Origin: an uncultured Nitrospinota bacterium
Lineage (GTDB): Bacteria > Tectomicrobia > Entotheonellia > J063 > CAVPRW01
DNA: 64,000 nt
Reading direction: 5' to 3'
Assembly (NCBI GenBank): GCA_963707985.1
Contig: CAVPRW010000017.1
Location: forward strand, 160,001 to 224,000
Shown: one piece after another, positions 11,509 to 22,317 of the stretch
How the letters are laid out: the number at the start of each line of letters is the position of its first letter
How positions within the stretch are numbered: position 1 is the stretch's first letter
Position numbers and translations under genes: made by a program
Notes under the pieces: model-generated
Database searches by the model: none
Told to the model about the DNA's origin: nothing
What the model saw: the letters and a program-made list of their open reading frames with translations, nothing else

Positions 11509-12035
11509 TCACCACCCCTCTCCCTGCGCCAGCGTTGCCTCCGATTTGGGCCACCAGATGGTCATGTCCATGGTACGTTACAGGGCAACCACCGTGGCTA
11601 GGACGGTATTGGCCTGCGCATCACGGCCGGTCTGGTGGTAGGAAGTCTCAACCCCCTCGAGCGGCAGGGGTTCGCGCCCCATGCCTATTTGGCTGAGGAG
11701 CCAGAGGGATCGGGTCCCACTCCCGGGTTCTTTGTGGACACGGGAGAGTTTGAGGGTACAACTGGTGAGGGCATGGGCACCCCCGAAACGGCCGGATGGG
11801 AGATAGACCTCCCTCACCAGTCACGCGCCCTCACGGAGGCGATCAACAGAACGGAGAGCCGATAGAGCAACTTGCCGTCGGAGGAGGCGACGGCCTGCTT
11901 GGGCACCGCTGTTGCTCGGCAGTAATTTCCACGAGGGATGAAGACCGTACCCAAGAGGCCGTTGGCTCTGGCTTCCTGGGAAACATCCCCACTGATCGCA
12001 GTCAGTGCAAGATAGGAGAGGGAGACTACGGTCAC
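11509..12035 (-). pseudogene. Degraded, internally deleted TPR/C-terminal remnant of a cyclase-AAA-TPR gene
   Basis: Translated pieces GDVSQEARANGLLGTVFIPRGNY, LWLLSQIG...ETSYHQ and VAL*RTMDMTIWWPKSEATLAQGEGW* match the C-termini of the genes ending at 33041 and 45709 (ALYRTMDMTFWLPQAEAALAQIEGQ). Confidence 0.75.
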
Positions 12036-12039
12036 CCTT

Positions 12040-12565
12040 AGCAGTCATGGCGGAGCCTGTAATGTCCCACCAAGTTTGGACGCGTTCCGCATCTCCAGAC
12101 GGCATGTAGGGGCTGAGAGCGAGTGACCCCGCGCGCGGAAGGTCGAAAGATTGGGGCCATAGATACCGAGCAAACGTTGCGCATGACCTGAAGGTATGAA
12201 TCGCCTCATGCGGTGTTCTCGCTTGCAGGTCGGTTAACAGGAGTTCTCGGTCCGATGGTTGCGATAGAGGGGTTGCCGATGCTCGGTACTCGGCTGCATC
12301 TCCCGCTTCACCGCGCCATAGCTTTGTAATTTATCGGTCACGATCACCCGTGGGGCATCCGTTAACCTGTTGAGCAGCATTCAGAAAAATGTCTTGGCCG
12401 CCTTTTGGCACGCTGAGGTTGTACGAGAATGTCGTGGACATTCCCATCCTGATTCACCGCACGCCAGAGATAATGGCACTCACCCTGAATGGTAAAAAAC
12501 ATCTCATCCCGATGCCACTTGTCGCCATGTCTGGAGCGTCGATGCCGCAACTGGTTCGCATACAT
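12040..12565 (-). mobile_element. IS6-family transposase remnant (5'-truncated, frameshifted)
   Basis: GDKWHRDEMF...YLWRAVNQDGNVHDILVQ, then PRVIVTDKLQSY...EHRQ...ENS pieces typical of IS6 DDE transposases. Confidence 0.8.
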
Positions 12566-12609
12566 TCACTTGTCAGACACCCTTCAGAGTACTACCAATG
12601 CGCTACATA

Positions 12610-15600
12610 TCAAGAGTTCACTAACCAAATCAGTATTTGGATTGCTGCCGCACCACCGGACGGCAAGAGTGCGGCAGCAAGGACGGGGTTTTCCCAGAAG
12701 GGTACAAATGCCCCGCGCCGGAGGTTACGGATTTCTTCGAGTAACTTTTCGGCCTGATTGGCATTGTTCTCAGCTGGGCTCTCCGCTGTAGCGGCCTGAA
12801 GTCGTGTCACCTTGGCTTCCAGCGTTGCTTCAGCTTCATGCTTGGCCTTGCGTGCTGCGGTTTGGAGGATGACGACGCTGGCGGCGGCTAGCGTGAGATT
12901 AACGACGAAGATAATGACGAGCGACCACGGCCAAGGCCAGCGGTCCCACCAGTCGTTGCGTGCCAGGAGTAGCAGGAAGAACACGATAAATGGATAATAG
13001 ACCAGCCGACCCACATGTTCGGTGAGGTCGGCAATGAACTGAAGGTCAATCCATTCGTCGAGGTAGAGCCTATCCACGAGGCCACGTAGGCGGGAAAAAT
13101 GGTTGGTCGTGGCCAGCGGGTATTCCGCGGGCACCGCGCTCAGGTGCTGGATAAACCACCGACAAAGGCGCACGGCATCGATGATCATGAAGGTAAGAAA
13201 AAGGAAACTCGTGACGGCTGCGACAAGAATAATGGTCTCCGCTCCCCTTGCCCATGGGCCCCGGAGCGGATTTATCAATTCTGATGGGTCCAACAACCAG
13301 ATTCCCATACAGAACAGAAAGTAGAATATGAGCAGACAGACGATTCTCGGGACACGGCTCCTAAAGAGGCTATGTTGTTGGTACTCTCTCCACAGGTTGG
13401 AGGCATCGACGACGGCCCCAGGTTCGGGCGGAGCAGGCAGCCCGAAGATTCTGTTCAACCAGCGCCAAATCGTTGCCGGTCGCTGTTGAAGGCATTGCCT
13501 CCGTTCAACGATCTCAGCTGGCAGACTTTTAGGCTCCAGGCCATCGGTTGCGTGGACGTGGGAATCGCTGGCCAGCGGGAGTCGGAAGCGTCGCGTCAGG
13601 AGGAACATCATGGCTTGCAGGCTTTGATACGACTGGAAACTGAGGCTAATCGCGAGGGCAAACGCGGCGAACCGGAGTATTTCCGCAGGCCATGCACTCG
13701 TACCTGTGGTCAGGCTAAACGGCTCGCCAGGGGTGTTGGGTTCGCTGCCGTGCCAAATCACGACACTGAGTCCGATGGCCAATAGAACAATGACAAATGC
13801 CAGCATTCTGGTTTGCCAGACCGAGCGGCGCCGCAGACGGTAGAGTTCGAGGCCGGCCTCACGGGCCGCTTGGGCTTTCTCTTGGACGTCTTGCAGCGTG
13901 TCTTGCTCCGCCGACACACCCGACTTGTGAGGCTGCTCGACCAATTTTCGTAGCAATGCGTCCAGGATGGTTCGGCCGAGGCGCAAGTGTTGCGGAGACT
14001 CCTCGCGTTCAGGGTCGCGGACACCCTGCGCGGGCCACCAGGATTGCCACTTGTCCTTATATTCTTTGGGGAGCAGACTGGTTTGGTCGATCGTCTCTCC
14101 AGGACGGCAAATTTTCCGGTGGAGCAATCGATTCAGGAAATCGAGGAATCCTCGGAGCAACGCCTCTTTGCAGCGGTCGATCTCTTGGAGAGCTTTGGCT
14201 TTAGCCTCCTCGTTGTCCAACGATTGCCTCGCTTCTTCTATTTGGTTTAGGGAGACCGGGTAGTTGCGTGTAGATGACCCGTCCACACTCCTCTTCTCCT
14301 GCTGTCTGGCGTCAGCGGGCGGCCACCGGTAGGGCACACCCTCTCTTGTTCTTTCGAATTCCTCCACCAGCCACTGGGCCAAACGGTCGTGCTCCGCTTG
14401 GGCCGACTGCTTGAGGCGCGACACGAGCGTCAAGGCCCCCTCGACGCCGCCGACGTCCTCCTCTCGATAACGTAGAGGCTCGGCTTGAAACCGGGATGCT
14501 CCCCACGTCAACCGTTGCAGCGGTCCGCAAAAGCGTGTCAACAACAGCACTGCCATGAGGCACACGAGGACGATGCCTCCCCATATTTTGAGCGTAACGA
14601 TCCTGCTCAACGATGGGTGTAGCGGGGGGTCAGGTTGGGGGCTACCTGCTACACTCAAGTCAACGGCGCCACGTTTTCCGATTTCGAAACGGCGTGGTGG
14701 AATGTCCGTTAGCTGGGGCAACTGCGGATTCTGCAGCGCCGCAAGTGCGGCCGTATACTGCGCCGTCTGCCAGCTGTCGCGGAACAACGGCACACTTTTT
14801 TGCAGGGTGGGATGCAGGCTCAGCCCGTAGCTGCTCGTCACAATCAAATTACGGGCCCAGGAGCGTTCGCGTGGGTGCCAGAAGCGTGCATCGAGGCCCG
14901 TCGTGAAGAATAAGACGTTGGGGAATCGCTGTCGCAGGGCCTGGAGAATCAGCAACGTGTCATACACGTCGCTGCCCACAATGCCGATCGCCTTGATGCG
15001 CTCGCCGTGTTCGCTGCGTTTCTCCAAGGTCGCCAATTGCTCGCCCAGACGGCTCAGGTAGTCGAACTGTGCCGGGCCCTCTGCCTTGTTGGCATCAGGG
15101 GTCCACTTGCGGAGATCTTCTAGCGAGGTCGGACCGGTCCGCGTGGCTTCTTCACTGCCTGAGCGACGCGCCGATTGTAATCCATTTTCCCTCGTCTGGC
15201 CGTCTAAGCCACGCAGATAGACGAACGAGTGCAGATTCAGCGGTTCCTTACACTTATCGTCCCGATATATTTTAACCCAATCAGCTCGTTTTTCGGCGTC
15301 GGTCAGCCTCGGATCCCGATTCTGTTTATCGCAATTGGCTCGTTTTTCGGCGTCCTGGCGCATGGCCAATTCCACGGCGTAAGTCAGCGAAAGCATGCGC
15401 CCGTAAAAAGTGTCCCATTCGGAGAGCAGCACCAGGAGGTTAACAGGCTTACCTTGCCCGTTGACCTCTGTGAAGTCGACACCACGCAAAAGCAGTTCTT
15501 CCAGCATTTCCTTAGCAAGTTTGTCATCGGTCGCGACGAAGTTTTTGAAGGACTTGAAGCCAATTCTCTCTAATGCCTGGCGGACACTTTTTCGTATGGG

Positions 15601-16722
15601 ATCATTGGTACCACTTTGAGTTGATGTCCTATCCATGGCCGTGGCTGTTTCGGTACTATTCTGAACCAATGTCTCATCCATGGCTGTAGCCGTTGCGGAG
15701 TACACCTCGATATGCCTGAGTATTCCGACGATTTTCCGCCATAATGGATCGGGGAGCTCTTCCTTCAGAAGAAGCGTCTCAGTCCCCCAAACCGGTAGCA
15801 TGGCGCGGAGTGTAGAAGAGAGCCCAGGCCCAATCAGCGCCATGCGTGGAGCGCCTTCTGTCTCTGGTACGACCTCCGTGATCGGCCCTAGCAACAATGG
15901 TAAGCGCAATAGCGGCTCATCCTCAAAATCGCGCTCATTCAGCCACAGCACGAGGACGTATGGACAGTGTAGATCGCCAGTTCTAGGAAGGTTGTTGGTA
16001 CTGCGGGGATAGAAATCTCTTAGACGATACCACTCGTAACGAAGGTCCAGCCAATACCACTCATGGCCGAGGTTCGGCAGTGTTGAGGTTTTGTTGCTCG
16101 AGGACTTTGTGAGCAGGTCTGCCAAACTTAGGGACGGATCAGCCGTGGCCTTATCCTTTAATGACTTGATTCCTTTCGTGGAGCGCGTAAAATTGAGCTT
16201 CAGCGAGGGTGATCTGGTGGCCTTATCCTTTAATAACTTGATTCCTTTCGAGGTGGGCCACTGAAGCGCTACCGATCCAAGGTGCTCGGGATCCTCTGAC
16301 ACGTAACCTGACTGGCTCAGCGCCGACACAATCGCAAAACGGGTTCGAATACGGCTCTCTTGATCTTCACTGTAGGGGCCGCCGGATATCATCACAGGTA
16401 GTATCAGCCCCGTACTACACTTGTTGATGAGGACACGTGCCCTCACGTGCTCGACTAGCATGTTGAGAGTAGTGAGCTTAGGCACGGATTGATCGTTGTC
16501 CTTGTTGTGCCGCTCCAGTGTTTTAAAGGGGTCTTCCCACAACCGGGTCTCCACATTCTGTTCGCCAGGGGAAGCGCGTCCCATACCTACCGATGCTGCT
16601 GGCCGCGTGCTGGTAAGCTTTTGCGAAACGAGCCACACACTGCTGGCCAGCATCAACAATACCAGCAGGGTCTGCAGGTTCAACGGAAATGATCCCTTGC
16701 CTTCTGAATTCCGCTCAGCCAT
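12610..16722 (-). CDS. Large uncharacterised membrane protein: N-terminal anchor, ~670-aa extracytoplasmic domain (possibly periplasmic-binding-protein fold), ~8 further TM helices
   Basis: Uninterrupted 1370-aa ORF with AGGA RBS; hydrophobic segments read by eye. Confidence 0.8.
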   Translation of the reverse strand: MAERNSEGKGSFPLNLQTLLVLLMLASSVWLVSQKLTSTRPAASVGMGRASPGEQNVETRLWEDPFKTLERHNKDNDQSVPKLTTLNMLVEHVRARVLINKCSTGLILPVMISGGPYSEDQESRIRTRFAIVSALSQSGYVSEDPEHLGSVALQWPTSKGIKLLKDKATRSPSLKLNFTRSTKGIKSLKDKATADPSLSLADLLTKSSSNKTSTLPNLGHEWYWLDLRYEWYRLRDFYPRSTNNLPRTGDLHCPYVLVLWLNERDFEDEPLLRLPLLLGPITEVVPETEGAPRMALIGPGLSSTLRAMLPVWGTETLLLKEELPDPLWRKIVGILRHIEVYSATATAMDETLVQNSTETATAMDRTSTQSGTNDPIRKSVRQALERIGFKSFKNFVATDDKLAKEMLEELLLRGVDFTEVNGQGKPVNLLVLLSEWDTFYGRMLSLTYAVELAMRQDAEKRANCDKQNRDPRLTDAEKRADWVKIYRDDKCKEPLNLHSFVYLRGLDGQTRENGLQSARRSGSEEATRTGPTSLEDLRKWTPDANKAEGPAQFDYLSRLGEQLATLEKRSEHGERIKAIGIVGSDVYDTLLILQALRQRFPNVLFFTTGLDARFWHPRERSWARNLIVTSSYGLSLHPTLQKSVPLFRDSWQTAQYTAALAALQNPQLPQLTDIPPRRFEIGKRGAVDLSVAGSPQPDPPLHPSLSRIVTLKIWGGIVLVCLMAVLLLTRFCGPLQRLTWGASRFQAEPLRYREEDVGGVEGALTLVSRLKQSAQAEHDRLAQWLVEEFERTREGVPYRWPPADARQQEKRSVDGSSTRNYPVSLNQIEEARQSLDNEEAKAKALQEIDRCKEALLRGFLDFLNRLLHRKICRPGETIDQTSLLPKEYKDKWQSWWPAQGVRDPEREESPQHLRLGRTILDALLRKLVEQPHKSGVSAEQDTLQDVQEKAQAAREAGLELYRLRRRSVWQTRMLAFVIVLLAIGLSVVIWHGSEPNTPGEPFSLTTGTSAWPAEILRFAAFALAISLSFQSYQSLQAMMFLLTRRFRLPLASDSHVHATDGLEPKSLPAEIVERRQCLQQRPATIWRWLNRIFGLPAPPEPGAVVDASNLWREYQQHSLFRSRVPRIVCLLIFYFLFCMGIWLLDPSELINPLRGPWARGAETIILVAAVTSFLFLTFMIIDAVRLCRWFIQHLSAVPAEYPLATTNHFSRLRGLVDRLYLDEWIDLQFIADLTEHVGRLVYYPFIVFFLLLLARNDWWDRWPWPWSLVIIFVVNLTLAAASVVILQTAARKAKHEAEATLEAKVTRLQAATAESPAENNANQAEKLLEEIRNLRRGAFVPFWENPVLAAALLPSGGAAAIQILIWLVNS
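16145..16250. repeat. 34-bp direct repeat (33/34 identical), 72-bp period, in frame within the 1370-aa gene
   Basis: gtggccttatcctttaat(g/a)acttgattcctttcg at 16145-16178 and 16217-16250 (KGIKxLKDKAT twice). Confidence 0.9.
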
Positions 16723-17068
16723 ATCTGTCCTTTTGGCGTTATCAACTTAACTCGTGAGCGATAAGCTAGGTGTTTAGCCTGGGGCTGTGATGGCATGGAT
16801 TGATGGTAAAGCGTTCCGGCTCTCTGTCAGCACGAACAAATGCACTCATTAGGTGTGAGTACTTCGAGCGCTTTAAGGAGCTTGGCGATATCGTATGTCA
16901 TCAACAAGGCATAGAGGTGCTCTCTTAGGTGCTTAGGTGCTGATGTGTCTGTAATAGAATTTTTGTAGTGCGCTCTATATAATGCTTCTTCTAGTAACCC
17001 CACACAAGGTTCTATATTTTCAACGAATTGCACAGTGGCATCTGCCCGCGAGCATTGCTTGCATATCA

Positions 17069-17362
17069 CTACCCCTGAGTGTGGCTCGTCGCCATGGTTC
17101 GCGTGCGTACGCGGATATGATATTTCCGCACCTGAGGGAGGATGGCCGCCAGAAGCAATTGATTGCCTCTGTGCCGGGCGGCATGCCAGCGGTGGAACGC
17201 CTGCAGGGCATGGTAAAGACTGGCTTCGTCCCTGTCCGCATGCCTCTGACAACAGGACAGGCGGCCCAAACGACGCACTACGACCGGGGCACCGCCCTGC
17301 ACCATTTCCTGACATAGCGGGCAGCGCATGAGAAAGAGCTTGGTCCATCGGTGTGTGCGCAT
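17069..17362 (-). CDS. Small Cys/His-rich hypothetical protein (~97 aa)
   Basis: GGAGGG RBS before ATG 17362; CPLC...CCQRH motif; near-consensus sigma54 promoter upstream. Confidence 0.45.
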   Translation of the reverse strand: MRTHRWTKLFLMRCPLCQEMVQGGAPVVVRRLGRLSCCQRHADRDEASLYHALQAFHRWHAARHRGNQLLLAAILPQVRKYHIRVRTRTMATSHTQG

Positions 17363-17482
17363 GGCTCTTCCCTCCACGAGCGAGTGTCCGGTAGGCTCTG
17401 CTAGGCACGCTTGAGGGGTCCCAGCCTGGCCCGGTAAGCGTCGTTCAGGGCGCGGGCTTAGGCAGGCCGTGACCTTCGCCCA

Positions 17483-17499
17483 AGCAAGAGCCATGCCAG
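17483..17499 (-). promoter_or_regulatory. Near-consensus sigma54 promoter
   Basis: CTGGCATG-GCTC-TTGCT on the minus strand, with an AT-rich tract (17520-17540) upstream. Confidence 0.6.
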
Positions 17500-17915
17500 T
17501 TCATGACCTCGAAGACAAGCAATTTAATTTATTACCAAAAACGGTGATAAATGGCGACCAGAGAACCGCCCCCAGCCGTGTAGGGTGATCCGGTGGGGAG
17601 GGTCCGGCAGCAGAGGCCGAACAGAGTGGCTTGTAGGAGTATGCGGGTTGGGGGCGGTTCAGATTTCACCAGTATGTTTCACCAATATGTTCAGATCTGC
17701 ACAGCGAGAAGGGAGGAGACGGAAGATGGGAGAGTCATTGGGAGTTCGTCCCCACAGTTCACGATGATGATACTGGCAAAGTTGACTTCAGCGGTCGCGT
17801 ACTCAGCCTCCGCGAGACTCTGAGCGAGGAGGAGCTCTCGGAGATAGCGCCTGATTCTATACGTGTGTGCCGCTCTCAATTGTGAGTTCACTGGAACCGA
17901 GCTGCCAACGTGGTC

Positions 17916-19842
17916 TATAATGTACCCCAGAAAGTGGGGTGGTGTTCTGGATTTGTTGATTTTCTTAAGCACCCATGATAGAACCAGACGACTGAGGGTA
18001 CGACATGGCAAGCGGATCGTCCAGCTTTGCGAGGTGTGTGATGGCTTTTGAACCGATTCACTGTCCAACATGTCATGACGTGACAGTGGTGAAATATGGC
18101 AAGACATCTGATGGCAAGCAACGCTTTCGCTGTCAAAATCCTGCGTGTCAGTGTGTGACGTTTCTACGGAATTATACGTATCAGGGGATCTTACCTGAGG
18201 TCAAACGCACCATCGTCGATATGAGCCTCAATGGCAGTGGGATTCGAGATATCGCACGTGTCCTCCACGTGAGTCCGAGTACCGTGATTCATGAATTAAA
18301 AAAAAGAGCCTGAATTGCAACATGTGAATGTAGTCGCATGTCAGCAAATCTCTTCAGTGGAAGCAGAAGTGGAAATTCAGAAAGTTGAAGCCGCGGAGAT
18401 GGATGAGATGTGGAGTTTTGTCGGGAAGAAAGCGCAGCAGCGCTGGTTATGGCATGCCATTGATCATACCAGTGGGGTGATCTTAGCCTATATCTGTGGT
18501 GTACATGAAGATGAGGTCTTTTTACAGTTGAAAGCATATTTACGACCATTTGGTATCTCACGGTTTTATACCGATAATGCAGGGGTGTATAGTCGTCACC
18601 TCGAACCAGACCATCACGAAGTCGGAAAACAGCATACGCAAAAGATCGAACGCAAACATCTCACACTACGGACCCGGATTAAGCGATTAGCCCGGAAGAC
18701 GATCTGCTTTTCGAAATCGATTCTGATGCATGATATTGTGTTGGGATTATTCGTGAATCGTTATGAATTTGCGCTCCCAATCTAGAAATCGCCTCAACAA
18801 ATCTAGAACATCACCTGATACCACAACCCAACCGGTCACCTGCTGACCCCTCCCCGCACTTAGGAATCAATAAGTTGCGTGAGTTTTACAACGGTAGAAA
18901 AAAAGTCGGCCTTGGGCATTGAGCAGAAGCGGGCGCTGATCGAACCGGCTCACCCGCAGCTGAGTATCCGCCGGCAATGCCTGGTGCTGGGGTTCGCCCG
19001 GTCGACTCTCTATGACCGGCCGTGGGGAGAAAGCGCCGAGCATCTACACCGCATGCGGGTGCTTGATGAGCAGTACACCGCCACCCCGTTTTATGGGATA
19101 CGCCGGATGACGGCCTGGTTGCGGCAGCGGGGCTATGCGGTCAATCCGAAGCGCGTGGGGCGGTTGCTGCGGCAGATGGGGCTGGAAGCGATCTATCCCA
19201 AACCCCGGCTGAGTCAGCCGGCGGCCGGACAGACGCTTTACCCGTATCTGTTGCGCGGGATCACGGATCGACCGGGTCAATCAGGTCTGGCGCGCGGATA
19301 TCACCTATATCCGACTCCGGTTTGGGTTTGTGTACCTGGTGGCGGTGATGGATTGGTTCAGCCGGTATGTGCTGGCTTGGGAGCTTTCGACCACGCTGGA
19401 GACGGGATTTTGTGTGGAGCACTGCAGCACGCGCTTGGCAGGTCTTCGAAGCCAGAGATCTTCAACACCGACCAGGGCGTGCAGTTTACCAGCCCGGAAT
19501 TCCTGGAACCGCTGACGGCCGGAGGAATCCGGATCAGTATGGATGGCCGAGGCCGGGCCTACGATAACATCTTTGTGGAGCGGTTGTGGCGATCCGTTAA
19601 ATACGAAGAGGTTTATCTGCGAGACTATCGAACGCTCTGGGACGCTCGGCACGGGTTGGTGCGTTAATTTGGTGTTTTACCACGGGGAACGACTCCATCA
19701 GGCCCTCGGCTACCGCCCACCAGCAGCGGTATACCGTGGAGGAGAGAGCGCTCCTCAACAGGCTAAGGGCAAAAATATCCGCCGAGGTCCCCACCTAACT
19801 TATTCTGGCCGAAAAATGGTCTGGACAATGGGGTACACTTTA
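17916..19842 (+). mobile_element. IS3-family element (orfA lost, orfB frameshifted) interrupted by an IS1
   Basis: orfB 18879-~19790 with W-x-x-DITY, IFNTDQGVQFTS, SMDGRGRAYDNIFVERLWRSVKYEEVY; ends TATAATGTACCCCA (17916) and TGGGGTACACTTTA (19842) are inverted repeats, 12/14 match. Confidence 0.75.
17938..18815 (+). mobile_element. IS1-family insertion sequence (insA/insB with A-run frameshift site)
   Basis: 22-bp terminal IRs GGTG(G/A)TGTTCT(G/A)GATTTGTTGA (20/22); InsA CPTC...GKQRFRC, InsB EMDEMWSFVG...TQKIER; A-run at ~18298-18305. Confidence 0.92.
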
Positions 19843-19880
19843 CCTTAACGCGCGCCATTAGCATGGGCGTGTGAGATTGC

Positions 19881-19927
19881 TGTGTCAGTACTCCAGGTGG
19901 GGCCAGGTGTCAAGTGAAAAGCATGAG
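19881..19927 (-). promoter_or_regulatory. Conserved promoter-like cassette, copy 1 (downstream gene replaced by IS3)
   Basis: TTGACA-N17-TACTGACACA; same cassette at 36511-36556 and 49252-49298. Confidence 0.65.
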
Positions 19928-20084
19928 ACGGCTGCTGAGGCGGGAGTTGGAGGGGGGCTGACCGATGAGATGGAGTGACCATCACCGTGGTGTCAGGTGG
20001 CTACCAGCTTCTGCCCGACCCCTCACGGCCATCACCTGTGCGGCGAACTCTACAAAATTGCTGAGATCCAGCACGTCCACGAAA

Positions 20085-20320
20085 TTATATTCTGGTGAGA
20101 CTCTCCTCCAGCGGTTGCCGCAACACCTCCAAGACATGGTGCCGGAACTCGGGGAGTTCATCCAGAACGAGCACGCCGTTGTGGGCCAGCGGCACCTCGC
20201 TCGGCACCGGCACCTGGCCGCCACCAATCAGCCACGCATCCGATATCATGTGATGCGGGGGGCGACACGGTCGGGTGGTGATCAACGCCATGCGGTCGCC
20301 AGCCACGCCTCGTATGTGCA
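20085..20320 (-). pseudogene. comM: comM/yifB fragment, copy 2
   Basis: [21 protein letters not shown]...[32 protein letters not shown]. Confidence 0.85.
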
Positions 20321-20505
20321 CCGTCATGCACCCGCATCGTTGACACGCCCATGAAGCCCCCCTACACTGGGGTGACGCATACAGTTTTCGACCATGGGGA
20401 TAGGCAAGCGCATGACGAGGACGAAGGGGCGAGGCCAATCGCATTGCCCTGCTCTCGGCGCTGGGCATGGATGCCATGAAGAGCAGGGAACACCAGGGAG
20501 TCATC

Positions 20506-21807
20506 ATGCGAGACGGGGAGACGCAGCCTGGCGCCGTCATCGGTGCACGAGGGAACGGTGCGGTGTGCCGCCGCCGCTGGGTGGCGCGCGTGGCGTTGCT
20601 GAGCCTGCTCGGGCTCTGGGGGAGCCTCGGGTGGGGGCGAGGGGTTGGCATCGCTCTGCCGATCGACTACTTTGCATTGGGGGATTCGGTGGCCTCTGGC
20701 TATGGACTGGGCGACGATGAGACGCTCTGTCGTCAGTCTATGCTGGCATAACCTTGGCAGCTCTATGCGCGTTTGCAGGAGACCTTCATCGTGCACCAGT
20801 TCGATCTCCTGGCCTGTTCGGGCACCACCACGGAAACGCTCGCGGGCCAAGTCTCCGAGGTCCTGAGCCGCCTCGCGGTGCACCCCACCCTCATCACGCT
20901 GACGGTGGGGGCGAATGATTTTGGTTGGTCTGACGTGTCTGCATTCGCGCAGCACCTCTGCACCCCGGACGACTAGACGTTTCATGCCTGGCTCGAGGGC
21001 ATCACGCGGACCGTCGAAGACCACCTGGTCGGGCAACTCTCCCGCGTGCTCGCCTACCCCCAGGTCGAGGTCATCCTGACGGATTACTACAACCCGACCA
21101 ACGTGTCCGGGGCGTTTTGGAAGGGGGTGCGTCCCCAGTGCGTGTTCGTCGACGTGTACGACCGGAGCGAGGAAGTGGCTCGTGCGCTGAACGCGGCGAT
21201 ATCGCAGGCGTCGCAACGCATGGGGAGTCCCAGCTTCGTGCAGGTGGCCACGGTGCACGAAGCCTTCCAGGGGCATGAAGCCCCACGTCCTTGGTGTGGT
21301 ACGGCGCCCCCCGATCAGGGGGACACGTGGATCCAATATCCGACGGATCCCGATTCGAATGCCACGCCGGTGGGCGGGGATTGTTTCCACCTGAATCGGG
21401 CCGGCGCGGAGTATTACGCCGAGACAGTGCTGGGGCTAATCCCTCCAGATCTGGGGTGGCCCTTGCGGCTGCGGGTAAATGACGGCACCCTGTCTCCCGG
21501 CGAGACCCTCACCCTGACCGTGACGACCCTCCCTGAATCTACCACTCTGGTGGTGGACCTCTATGTGGCTCTGCAACTCCCGGATCAGCAGGTCTGGTTC
21601 CTGAGCCGTGACGGGAGTCTCATGCCCGCGATCCAGCCCTACGTGGATCAATGGCCGGTCATGCCGTTCCGCGGCGAGCTCTTCCGCTACACGTTGACGG
21701 GCGCGGAACCACCTGGGCACTATGTCTGGCTGGCCGCCTTCATCGACCCAGGGACGGGGATGATCATTGGGAGCATGGCACAAGCGCCGTTTACCATCAC
21801 TCCCTAG
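20506..21807 (+). pseudogene. Secreted SGNH/GDSL hydrolase with C-terminal beta domain; two in-frame stops (TAA 20749-20751, TAG 20974-20976)
   Basis: ALGDSVASG, TLTVGAND and DCFHLN motifs all lie in one frame across three track ORFs; signal-like N-terminus. Confidence 0.75.
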
Positions 21808-22282
21808 GGCATGCAATCTAGGGGCACCCCTTGCCCCGCTCGTCCTATGCGGCCCACATGGCCGCCAGCACGTCTGCTCACCGGTAGGCCGAACGCACGA
21901 GTGGGCAGTCTGCCCAGGGGCATGGCACAGCTCGCGGTCATCTTCGGGGAGGAATTCCCTGCCGTGCTGGCCCTGGCTGCCAGCGAGGTCACCCTCACGA
22001 GTGTGTCGATCGACACAGCCGACAGAGAAGGGCGGCCCTTCGACGGTGTCTTGATCGGCCCAGCAAGTACCAACCATGAAGCGCGCACCATACCTGTCCG
22101 CGCGGCGGCAGCTGGCCCCAACCGATCAACCCGACATCCGAGCTCGTATGGGCGGCCTCCCCAAAGGTCTCCTTGGGCTACGTGCGCCGGACGCGTATTC
22201 AAGGCAGGGAATGCGCCGTAAGCGCTGTCGCTCCCTGATCCACCCACACGGATGAGGCGCGGCTCCAAGCCGTGTGCGACCC

Positions 22283-22310
22283 TTGACACTATCATCTCAT
22301 TGGTTATCTT
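22283..22310 (+). promoter_or_regulatory. sigma70-like promoter immediately before the AI-2E gene (possible leaderless mRNA)
   Basis: TTGACA (22283)-16 bp-TATCTT (22305); ATG at 22318 with no SD sequence. Confidence 0.45.
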
Positions 22311-22317
22311 TGAAGAT

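Noticed and set aside
10964..11554. 196-aa ORF as a real fusion gene
   Set aside because: A chance open frame running from the cyclase remnant through comM' into unidentified sequence.
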